From positions 1 to 64,000 of IMG/VR virus record IMGVR_UViG_3300010151_000008: 64,000 bases of DNA; one strand, 5' to 3'. The DNA comes from a virus. Shown piece by piece: positions 26,180 through 34,080 of this stretch (its first letter is position 1; every line of letters starts with the position of its first letter). The position numbers were made by a program, and so were the translations under genes. A model generated the notes under the pieces. That model worked only from the letters and a program-made list of their open reading frames with translations, was not told where the DNA came from and ran no database searches.

Positions 26180-27148
26180 ATGAAAAAAAAAGCTTTAATA
26201 ACAGGTATTGCTGGACAAGACGGAAGTTATTTAACGGAATATCTAATAGGGAAGGGGTATGAAGTCAGTGGTATTATTCGAAGACATTCGGTGGCGGAAA
26301 ATCAAGATTCTAGATTAGATTCCACTTTAAAAAATATAAAAACATATTATGGAGATTTGTTAGATTATCCATCTCTTTATCGGATTGTATCCGAAGTGAT
26401 GCCTGATGAAATTTATAATCTTGGAGCGATGAGTCATGTTCGTATTAGTTTCGACATCCCCTCCTTCACTATTCAGACAAATGCTTTAGGCGTTCTTAAT
26501 ATGTTAGAAGTTTATCGTACTATAGCACCAAAAGCTAGTTTTTATCAAGCCAGCTCTTCTGAAATGTTTGGAAACTCGGTGGATCATGATGGAATTCAGC
26601 GGCTAACCACCCCTATGAATCCGGTTAGTCCCTATGGCTGTGCCAAAGTATTAGGATATAACTTAGTTAGACATTATCGTCATGCCTATGGTTTACATGC
26701 ATGTAATGGAATTTTGTTTAATCACGAATCCCCACGACGCGGAACTAATTTTGTCACGAATAAAGTCGTTAAGGGAGCTGTTGAAATTAAAAAAGGATAT
26801 CGACAACAATTAGAATTAGGAAATCTAGATTCTGAGAGAGATTGGGGTCACGCCAAAGATTACGTACGCGCCATGAATATGATACTAACTCATAATACGC
26901 CTGACGATTTTATTGTCGCCACGGGGAAGACCCGATCAATTCGACAGTTATGCGAACATGTGTTTAGCCAGCTGGGATTAAACTATAAAGACCATGTTGT
27001 ACAAAACCCTATATATATGAGACCTGAAGAATTAAAGTATCTCAAGGGCGATCCCTCGAAGGTTAAAGAGGTGTTGGGGTGGACCCCCGATTACACATTT
27101 GAATCGATGATTGATGAAATGATTGATCGTTGGATGCGCGAAGTATAA
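26180..27148 (+). CDS. gmd: GDP-mannose 4,6-dehydratase
   Basis: ALITGIAGQDGSYL; YQASSSEMFG; SPYGCAK; LFNHESPRRG; RDWGHAKDYV. Confidence 0.95.
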   Translation: MKKKALITGIAGQDGSYLTEYLIGKGYEVSGIIRRHSVAENQDSRLDSTLKNIKTYYGDLLDYPSLYRIVSEVMPDEIYNLGAMSHVRISFDIPSFTIQTNALGVLNMLEVYRTIAPKASFYQASSSEMFGNSVDHDGIQRLTTPMNPVSPYGCAKVLGYNLVRHYRHAYGLHACNGILFNHESPRRGTNFVTNKVVKGAVEIKKGYRQQLELGNLDSERDWGHAKDYVRAMNMILTHNTPDDFIVATGKTRSIRQLCEHVFSQLGLNYKDHVVQNPIYMRPEELKYLKGDPSKVKEVLGWTPDYTFESMIDEMIDRWMREV

Positions 27149-27163
27149 ATTAACGAGAAGAAA

Positions 27164-28093
27164 ATGAAAAAGTTCGGACTAATCGGTGCCTCAGGATATA
27201 TAGCGCCCCGGCATATGAAAGCAATTAAAGACACGGGGAATAAGCTCCAGGTGGCCTTGGACCCAAGTGATTCGGTGGGAATAATGGATTCTTATTTCCC
27301 GGAGGCCTCATTCTTTACCGAGGTGGAAAGATTCGATAGACACATTGATAAACTGCGCCGGAGAAACGAGGGCTTGGATTATATTAGTATATGCTCTCCA
27401 AACTATTTGCACGAGTCTCATGTAAGGCTTGCTCTAAGAAACGGTTGCGATGTTATTTGTGAAAAGCCTCTTGTGGTAAACCCGCACAACTTAGAATACC
27501 TAGATCTTCTAGAGCAAGAAACAGGAAAGAAAATTAATAATATTGTACAGCTCAGACATCATGAGGCGGTAGTCGACTTAAAGAAAAGCGTTAATAAGAC
27601 TGAGATATATGAGATAGATTTATCTTACATAACTTCTCGCGGCCTGTGGTATCAATATTCTTGGAAGGGCGCCGAATCCAAATCTGGTGGTCTAACCACA
27701 AACATTGGTATACATTTTTTTGATATGTTGATTTGGATTTTTGGCAATGTTATTAGAAACGAGGTTCATGTCCTGGAGAAAGATGTGGCCTCCGGATATT
27801 TATGCCTGGAGAACGCACGCATAAAATGGTTTCTAAGTAGTAATTATAAATTTTTACCCGATGCAGTGAAAAAAGCTGGACGACGCACATACCGATCTAT
27901 TAGAATAGATGATAAAGAATTTGAATTTAGCGGCGGCTTCACGGAGCTTCATACTGCGAGCTACCAACACATATTAAATGGAGACGGCTTCGCTGTTTCA
28001 GATGTTCGGCCGGCTATTAATTTAGTACACAGTATCAGGTATAGTAAGCCTATCGGCTGCAATAGGAATAGTCATTCCCTTCTGGGAGGATAA
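27164..28093 (+). CDS. wbpB: Gfo/Idh/MocA oxidoreductase, UDP-GlcNAcA 3-dehydrogenase (WbpB/WlbA-like)
   Basis: GASGYIAPRHMKAI; DSVGIMDSYFP; CSPNYLH; CEKPL; TNIGIHFFDML; FTELHT. Confidence 0.88.
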   Translation: MKKFGLIGASGYIAPRHMKAIKDTGNKLQVALDPSDSVGIMDSYFPEASFFTEVERFDRHIDKLRRRNEGLDYISICSPNYLHESHVRLALRNGCDVICEKPLVVNPHNLEYLDLLEQETGKKINNIVQLRHHEAVVDLKKSVNKTEIYEIDLSYITSRGLWYQYSWKGAESKSGGLTTNIGIHFFDMLIWIFGNVIRNEVHVLEKDVASGYLCLENARIKWFLSSNYKFLPDAVKKAGRRTYRSIRIDDKEFEFSGGFTELHTASYQHILNGDGFAVSDVRPAINLVHSIRYSKPIGCNRNSHSLLGG

Positions 28094-28097
28094 AACG

Positions 28098-28316
28098 ATG
28101 GCGACAGTTTTAAGGCGTAGACACATAGCAAAAACCATTACATGGAGAGTGGTGGCATCTTTAAGTACCTTCTTAATAAGTTGGATGATAACTGGTAAAA
28201 TAGAGTATGGCTTAGCCATTGGGGTGACCGAAGCGCTCATAAAATTAGTTTTATATTATTTACATGAAAGAATGTGGTATAAATCTAACTTTGGAATATC
28301 GAAAAGGAGAAAATAA
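28098..28316 (+). CDS. DUF2061-like small membrane protein
   Basis: RHIAKTITWR...KLVLYYLHERMW. Confidence 0.85.
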   Translation: MATVLRRRHIAKTITWRVVASLSTFLISWMITGKIEYGLAIGVTEALIKLVLYYLHERMWYKSNFGISKRRK

Positions 28317-28552
28317 TGAAACTATCTAATCAAGCAATGGGGGCCCTAATGATGGTTCTTCAAAAATGCTTAATGGAGGAAACCGATATTATAGAACTAT
28401 TGAGAGATATGGATTTTGTAGTAGCGAACGATGAGTTAACCATACTCAATCCTCCCGTCGTCAGCATGGAGGGGGTAACGTTCGATAACGTTTCCGACTT
28501 TGCAGAGCACGCGATGAACGATGAAGAAGCTTCTGATGAAGAAGTTCACTAG
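28316..28552 (+). CDS. Hypothetical protein
   Basis: AGGAG RBS; TAATG coupling. Confidence 0.65.
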   Translation: MKLSNQAMGALMMVLQKCLMEETDIIELLRDMDFVVANDELTILNPPVVSMEGVTFDNVSDFAEHAMNDEEASDEEVH

Positions 28553-28558
28553 AACATA

Positions 28559-28810
28559 GTGCCGCGATATGCATACATATGTGATGCCTGCGAAGAACAC
28601 TTCTTGACGATGCACTCGTCTGATGAATTATTAGACGAGTGTGAGAAGTGTGGTAAAGGGGGACAATTGCGTAAGACGTTGACCACCCCTTTGTATTCTT
28701 CTGCGAAGCCTACCAAATCTCAAAAGGTTGGCCAAGTAACGGAAGAATTTATTGAAGAATCTCGTAAAGAACTTAAGCAGCAAAAGGAAAGTATGAGCAA
28801 AGAACGATGA
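28559..28810 (+). CDS. FmdB-family zinc-ribbon protein
   Basis: MPRYAYICDAC...CEKCG. Confidence 0.85.
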   Translation: MPRYAYICDACEEHFLTMHSSDELLDECEKCGKGGQLRKTLTTPLYSSAKPTKSQKVGQVTEEFIEESRKELKQQKESMSKER

Positions 28811-29136
28811 CAATTTGGATAATAATATTTGTTTTATCGGTTTTGTTAAATATCACCTTGGCGTGGTACGTCTATAAGGTGTTAGCAAAGCTGCTTTACA
28901 CAGCCGATAATCTTGGCGACCTGTATGTTGCATTTCGTATGTATGAAAGATTTTGTGATTCTCTATATGAAATGGATATGTTCTATGGAGAACCGGTCAT
29001 TAAAGAGTTAATTGACAAAACAAAGCTTGTGCGCGAGGAGTTGCAAAGGTTTGAGGATATATACGGCTTGACCACCGATGCGGAATTACTTGAGGAGGAA
29101 ATGGCCGATGACGAAGCCCAAGAAGAAGCGCGCTAA
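28807..29136 (+). CDS. Membrane-anchored hypothetical protein
   Basis: N-terminal TM helix; YEMDMFYGEP motif. Confidence 0.65.
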   Translation: MTIWIIIFVLSVLLNITLAWYVYKVLAKLLYTADNLGDLYVAFRMYERFCDSLYEMDMFYGEPVIKELIDKTKLVREELQRFEDIYGLTTDAELLEEEMADDEAQEEAR

Positions 29137-29809
29137 GAGGCGTAAGAATTATTATTTTACACAAGTGCACGAAGATGCCATTGTTGAATATGCCAATACC
29201 ACAGACCGCGATCGGAGAACTGAGCTATATATTGAATTAATCCAGCCGGCCCTCGATGAAATGGTTAATAAAATCATTTTTACTTATCGATTTACGTCGC
29301 TTCCTAATATTGATTATTTACGTCAAGACTGTAAAATATGGTTGACCACGATTCTTGATAAATTCGACCCTTCCAAAGGGTCAAAAGCCTTTTCTTATTT
29401 TAGTGTTGTAACTAAAAATTGGTTTATTCATAAAGTTAAACAAAACGCTCGCCGCGCGCGCAAAGAAGTTTTCCTAGAGGACATGATAAACGAGCTTGAG
29501 GAAGAAGTTGTATCCCAGGAAAAACAATATGATCAGCTGAGAATAGAACGAGAATTTTGGAACAACTTTTACGAAGAACTTTCGAAGTGGGATGCCGACA
29601 TGCTGAAAGAAAATGAAAAAAAGGTTCTGCAGGCAGTTAAAATCCTTTTTGAATCCTCTGGGGATATTGAAATTTTCAACAAAAAGGCTATTTATTTATA
29701 CTTGAGAGAGATTACGGGGCTTAATACCAAACAGGTCGTCAATAACCTAAATAAACTTCGTAAAAAATATAGGACTTTTAGAGGCAAATGGGAAAGCGGC
29801 GAAATTTAG
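29108..29809 (+). CDS. Phage-encoded sigma factor, T4 gp55 (late sigma)-like
   Basis: DKFDPSKGSKAFSYFSVVTKNWF resembles sigma region 2.2-2.4 of gp55-type factors; GAGGAGG upstream of ATG 29108. Confidence 0.7.
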   Translation: MTKPKKKRAKRRKNYYFTQVHEDAIVEYANTTDRDRRTELYIELIQPALDEMVNKIIFTYRFTSLPNIDYLRQDCKIWLTTILDKFDPSKGSKAFSYFSVVTKNWFIHKVKQNARRARKEVFLEDMINELEEEVVSQEKQYDQLRIEREFWNNFYEELSKWDADMLKENEKKVLQAVKILFESSGDIEIFNKKAIYLYLREITGLNTKQVVNNLNKLRKKYRTFRGKWESGEI

Positions 29810-30084
29810 AAGATTACATCAACGAAGCCACGCGCAACATTAGAGAAGATCGCGCGCTGGCTAAAACGCTTCTTATGGACGCCATGTCTGACATGAAAAG
29901 CGGCGACGCTGCACGTCGAGAACTTGGCTCCATTGCCGCTAAATATGTCGAAAATCTTCAGCGTTCTAACGAACAAATGGTTAAACTCTCTGCACTCCTT
30001 CAGAAGCAGCAATCTGGCGCTGTCGGTCTATCGGAAGAAGACAAAGAGGACCTATATGATATGCTCAACGAGAACGAGGAATAG
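29788..30084 (+). CDS. Helical/coiled-coil hypothetical protein
   Basis: 98 aa; AKYVENLQRSNEQMVKL; GAGG RBS. Confidence 0.65.
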   Translation: MGKRRNLEDYINEATRNIREDRALAKTLLMDAMSDMKSGDAARRELGSIAAKYVENLQRSNEQMVKLSALLQKQQSGAVGLSEEDKEDLYDMLNENEE

Positions 30085-30087
30085 CGT

Positions 30088-31302
30088 GTGGCCAAGAAGA
30101 AAAAAAGTCGTATCAATCAGATGCGTTATGGGGAGATGAATTTTTTAGGGTCTGCCTATGGTAAATCAACTTTTGACCCAAGCCGCGTAGATATTATAAG
30201 TGTTTTACAGGGAAGCAACACCGATTATTATACTGCCAATGTAATCGCCGGGAAGCGACGTTGGAATGCTATCGTACTGAGATCCACTCAACAAACGCAT
30301 GCTACAGTTTCTTCAGAATTCCAGAGATCCTATACCGTTTTTGAGCGGGGAAATGAAGATGGCGAATTTGTACATTTTACATATAAGATTTATATAGCTG
30401 AGCTAGACGGTTTTAAGAAAATCCCTGAAAAGTTCTCGTCTAATTCAGAGGACGCCGGCCTGGTAAACTTATGCCGAGACGCGCTAGCGCCCCTAGGTCA
30501 ATCATATGGCAAGATAGATTATGGTACGCCCGTCGAGGTGGTCTTTGCCGACCAAGAAAAGTTAAGACACCCAACAATTGTAGATGTCCACTGGAATCGA
30601 AGGATTTCATTGCAGAGCGGAGTGCAGCCCCTGTGGACCACGTCAGGCCCCCGAGTGACGGTAGCATCCCCCCACGAGGGCGCCCTACCAGAGGATACCG
30701 GACCCCCCATTCCCGGTCGCGCAGGTCAGGTTCGGAACGGAAAGGCCTTCTACGACGACCTCGGCCGTGCTGGAATAGAGTGTGAGGCGTTGCGCCATGG
30801 AATTTTGGTTAACGTTAAAAATGAGTCAAGATTTGATCCTAGCGTCCCGGGTGACTCCATTCAGCGCTTGGGCGCCCCAGGAAAGCCGGGAGGTATAAAA
30901 ACAGATTACCCGGGCAACCCCGACGCACCATGGCCAAAACTACCCACAAAACTTTATGCTTCCTACGGCCTGTTTCAAATGAACATCGGCCGATCCGACG
31001 CCCTGGGCTGGCAGATGTTAGAATATTACAATTTGACCGATGCTGACAACGACGCCAAATTGGATATTTTGACCGGCGAAAAGGGATATGATAAGCAAAT
31101 AGAATTTATGGTTCATAAGCTAGAGACAAATTATCCTTCGGTCCTCGATTGTTCTAGGTATAAAACTTCACAGCAATATCACGATTTCTGGCTTGAGCAG
31201 ATCGAAAATCCCTCTAAGACTGAGGCCATCGGTCACCGCAACAGACGTAAAGGACTCTTTAAAAGAACCCTTAGAGGACTCGGTTTTGAACCGATCGAAT
31301 AA
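30088..31302 (+). CDS. Paralogue A: shared OB-fold-like N-domain plus lysozyme/lytic-transglycosylase-like C-domain
   Basis: N-domain shared with the next two genes; C-domain KNESRFDP...SYGLFQMN...QIEFM. Confidence 0.7.
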   Translation: MAKKKKSRINQMRYGEMNFLGSAYGKSTFDPSRVDIISVLQGSNTDYYTANVIAGKRRWNAIVLRSTQQTHATVSSEFQRSYTVFERGNEDGEFVHFTYKIYIAELDGFKKIPEKFSSNSEDAGLVNLCRDALAPLGQSYGKIDYGTPVEVVFADQEKLRHPTIVDVHWNRRISLQSGVQPLWTTSGPRVTVASPHEGALPEDTGPPIPGRAGQVRNGKAFYDDLGRAGIECEALRHGILVNVKNESRFDPSVPGDSIQRLGAPGKPGGIKTDYPGNPDAPWPKLPTKLYASYGLFQMNIGRSDALGWQMLEYYNLTDADNDAKLDILTGEKGYDKQIEFMVHKLETNYPSVLDCSRYKTSQQYHDFWLEQIENPSKTEAIGHRNRRKGLFKRTLRGLGFEPIE

Positions 31303-31304
31303 CA

Positions 31305-32501
31305 ATGTCTACTAAAAAAACAGCTCTGAAAGATATCCGCCATGGCGAAATGAATGCTTTAGAAGCACCTTCAACGCAGCCTAGATTTGATCCCTCCCGT
31401 GCGCAGGTTGTTGACGTAATGAGAAACAACATATCAAACCATTATACGGCCAACACCATCAAGGGCAAAAGACGATGGAACGCGATTGTTCTTAAGAGCA
31501 CACAGCAAAAGTATGCGCACGTTGCGTCTGAATTTCAAAGAACCTATACGTCCTACGAGAGGGGCAATAGTGATGGTGAATTTACACACTTTACATATAA
31601 AATATTTATAGCAGAGCTTGATAGCTTTAAGAAGCTCCCTGAAGACTTTAGGAATAGCGGGCCCAGCGCTGGCTTACTTAATTTATGCCGAGATGCCATA
31701 TCTCCTTTGGGGAAGAGTTGGGGCAAGATAGATTATGGTACCCCGGTCGAAGTTGTATTTGAAGACCAGGAGAGACTCCGTACTCCAATTATTACAGACG
31801 TACATTCTAATCGACGCATTGCTCTTAAGGGTGAAAAAAGCGCACAAGGACTTTTCCTTACGTCTCCGCGGATCGCGCGCGAATCAGCCGGAGGATCTGC
31901 AACTGTTGGTAGCCGTACGGTAACAGACTGCAACGAAACTGATTTTGGAGCTTTAAAGAATGTTGATACGTGGCCAAAAAGATGGCGCTCAAAGTGGCGT
32001 GCAATGGAAAAGGCTTCCCGAGCCACCCGAATGGATACGGCCTATAATTATTTTATAAACAAGGATTATAGTGCCGCGGCTAGCGCAGGTATAGTGGGTG
32101 GTTTGATACAAGAGTCATCAGTTAGCCCGGACGCTTGCAATAAGACCGATAAAGATTATTGCGTGGCATACGGTATTGCGCAGTGGACCTCTGAGCGCCA
32201 AAAGAGATTGAAAGAAAAATATCCTAATACCTACAATACACTAAATTCTCAACTAGACTGGTTATACTACGAGCTATCCCAAGGGAGGGAACAAAAAGCC
32301 GGCAGGCTGTTGTCTGCTGCCACCACGTTAGGAGAGGCTGTATATGGGGCTGCCAATTTTGAGAGATTTAGTGGCTATAAGAGCGGTCAACAAGGAATTT
32401 ATACGAACTGTCCTGATTTTGGAAGAGGGCACGAATGGGGCGGCCGCGCCTATTATTCGGTTGGGGTTTACGAACGACACAATAGTTCCGCGGGAGTTTA
32501 A
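31305..32501 (+). CDS. Paralogue B: shared N-domain plus phage tail lysozyme (Phage_lysozyme2-like) domain
   Basis: YSAAASAGIVGGLIQES...YGIAQWT..RQKRL...LNSQLDWLYYEL...FER. Confidence 0.8.
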   Translation: MSTKKTALKDIRHGEMNALEAPSTQPRFDPSRAQVVDVMRNNISNHYTANTIKGKRRWNAIVLKSTQQKYAHVASEFQRTYTSYERGNSDGEFTHFTYKIFIAELDSFKKLPEDFRNSGPSAGLLNLCRDAISPLGKSWGKIDYGTPVEVVFEDQERLRTPIITDVHSNRRIALKGEKSAQGLFLTSPRIARESAGGSATVGSRTVTDCNETDFGALKNVDTWPKRWRSKWRAMEKASRATRMDTAYNYFINKDYSAAASAGIVGGLIQESSVSPDACNKTDKDYCVAYGIAQWTSERQKRLKEKYPNTYNTLNSQLDWLYYELSQGREQKAGRLLSAATTLGEAVYGAANFERFSGYKSGQQGIYTNCPDFGRGHEWGGRAYYSVGVYERHNSSAGV

Positions 32502-32561
32502 ATAGGTAATGTCCATCAAAAAGACAGTGGCCACGATGGTGTGGCGGAGGTACACAAGCTA

Positions 32562-33977
32562 ATGGTTATCAAGCTAGATAAGATTACTCAGATGCGTTAT
32601 GGCCAGATGAATGAGCTGGTTGACCCCATCGCTCAACGACGATTTGATCCGAGCCGAGTGGAGATGGTTAGTGCACTCCGCTCTAACAATATTGATCGCT
32701 ACGTGGCAGATGTTATAGAGGGAAAGGAACGCTGGAACGCGATTGTTTTGTCGAGCACGCCACAGAATTATGCACACGTGGCGTCTGAGTTTCAACGAAC
32801 ATATTCTGCTTTTGAAAGACAAGACGGGGAATTTACACACCACACTTATAAAATTTTTATAGCTGAGCTAGATTCCTTTAAAAAGTTGCCCGACAAGTTT
32901 TCTCGTAGCGACAATCCGGATGCAGGACTGCTTAACTTATGTCGGACTGCTATCGCGCCTCTTGGCCAAGGGTGGGGCAAGATAGACCACGGAACCCCGG
33001 TGGAGGTGGTTTTTGAAGATCAGGAAAGACTAAGAAGTCCAATAATTGTAGACGTACACTGGAACAGGAGAATGCCTTTAGAGGCGGGTAAGACGGCGAC
33101 GTGGTCTGCAGCCGCCCCCCGTGTAACGGTGCCCACTAACGATAATTTAAAACAAGCGCCCCCACCGGTGATCGAAGGCTGCGACAACTATTTTATACCA
33201 TCAAGAGCTGGAGCGAACAAGTCGAGGGTCTTGGCCCTCGGGGCCTCTTTTGCGTCGGGCAAGCAAACTTGGGCTGGCCATGAGAGATTAAATCGCAAAC
33301 CTAGTGGAAATTTAGATCTGGACAGGGTGGCAAAGGGGAGTATGCTATTGGCCGGAGGGAAGAAATCAATACTTGCTCATCTGCAGGCAAACGTCAATTC
33401 GGGATGTATAAAGGCAGAAGACTATGACTCAGTAATAATATTTGGTGGCGCTAACGGAATGACGGACAGAAAAGAAAATCAATGGGAGATGGGTCTTAAA
33501 AAACTTTTAACATACGTACGAGATGAGATGGGGATTCAATACAGATATGTTGTAACCCTCCATGGCTGGTATGGCTGGAGAGACACGAGGAGAAAACTGG
33601 CCGATAAGGACAGCGGACTCCCTGATGACCCGAGCACACCAGATGTTGATGAATCAAAGGAGGAAGTTTGGGCGAGCGGCTGGAAAGAACCTAAAAGAAA
33701 AAAAGTAGCGGAGTGGACACTGAAGTATAACAACGACATCATCGCAGCCGAGGGTGACCTCATTACTGGCGTCTTAAGGTGGAGCAAGGACGCGACCGCC
33801 ACTAACGAGACTGGAAGCGAAGACATAGGCGAGATTATTCCAATAGGAGAACCAGGAGGACCTCGCGACTGGTTCCGAAAACCATGGGCCAGCAGCGATG
33901 GCTTACATCCCAGTGAGGCAGGCCACAAGGAAATTGCGCGCCGTCTTCGCGCGATGGGGATCCCAGGTCTAAAGTGA
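32562..33977 (+). CDS. Paralogue C: shared N-domain plus SGNH/GDSL hydrolase domain
   Basis: VLALGASFA (block I); IIFGGAN (block III); DGLHPSEAGH (block V). Start ATG 32562 chosen by alignment with paralogues. Confidence 0.78.
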   Translation: MVIKLDKITQMRYGQMNELVDPIAQRRFDPSRVEMVSALRSNNIDRYVADVIEGKERWNAIVLSSTPQNYAHVASEFQRTYSAFERQDGEFTHHTYKIFIAELDSFKKLPDKFSRSDNPDAGLLNLCRTAIAPLGQGWGKIDHGTPVEVVFEDQERLRSPIIVDVHWNRRMPLEAGKTATWSAAAPRVTVPTNDNLKQAPPPVIEGCDNYFIPSRAGANKSRVLALGASFASGKQTWAGHERLNRKPSGNLDLDRVAKGSMLLAGGKKSILAHLQANVNSGCIKAEDYDSVIIFGGANGMTDRKENQWEMGLKKLLTYVRDEMGIQYRYVVTLHGWYGWRDTRRKLADKDSGLPDDPSTPDVDESKEEVWASGWKEPKRKKVAEWTLKYNNDIIAAEGDLITGVLRWSKDATATNETGSEDIGEIIPIGEPGGPRDWFRKPWASSDGLHPSEAGHKEIARRLRAMGIPGLK

Positions 33978-34080
33978 TAGAAGAAGAGCAGATGATGACC
34001 TCGCGTTAAAAGTTCAACAAGAAGATAATTATATATGATGCCAACGTTAAAAGAATATTATAGACAGAAAGAGGATAGAA

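Noticed and set aside
14397-28316. Bacterial O-antigen/capsule locus (host chromosome flanking a prophage)
   Set aside because: No wzx/wzy/wzz or ABC export genes, no integrase or att site, no housekeeping genes. It is co-oriented and continuous with phage genes on both sides.
30088-33100. Diversity-generating retroelement or assembly duplication explaining the three repeats
   Set aside because: The copies differ at many synonymous positions without an adenine-specific pattern that I could see, and no reverse transcriptase is present. They look like old paralogues.
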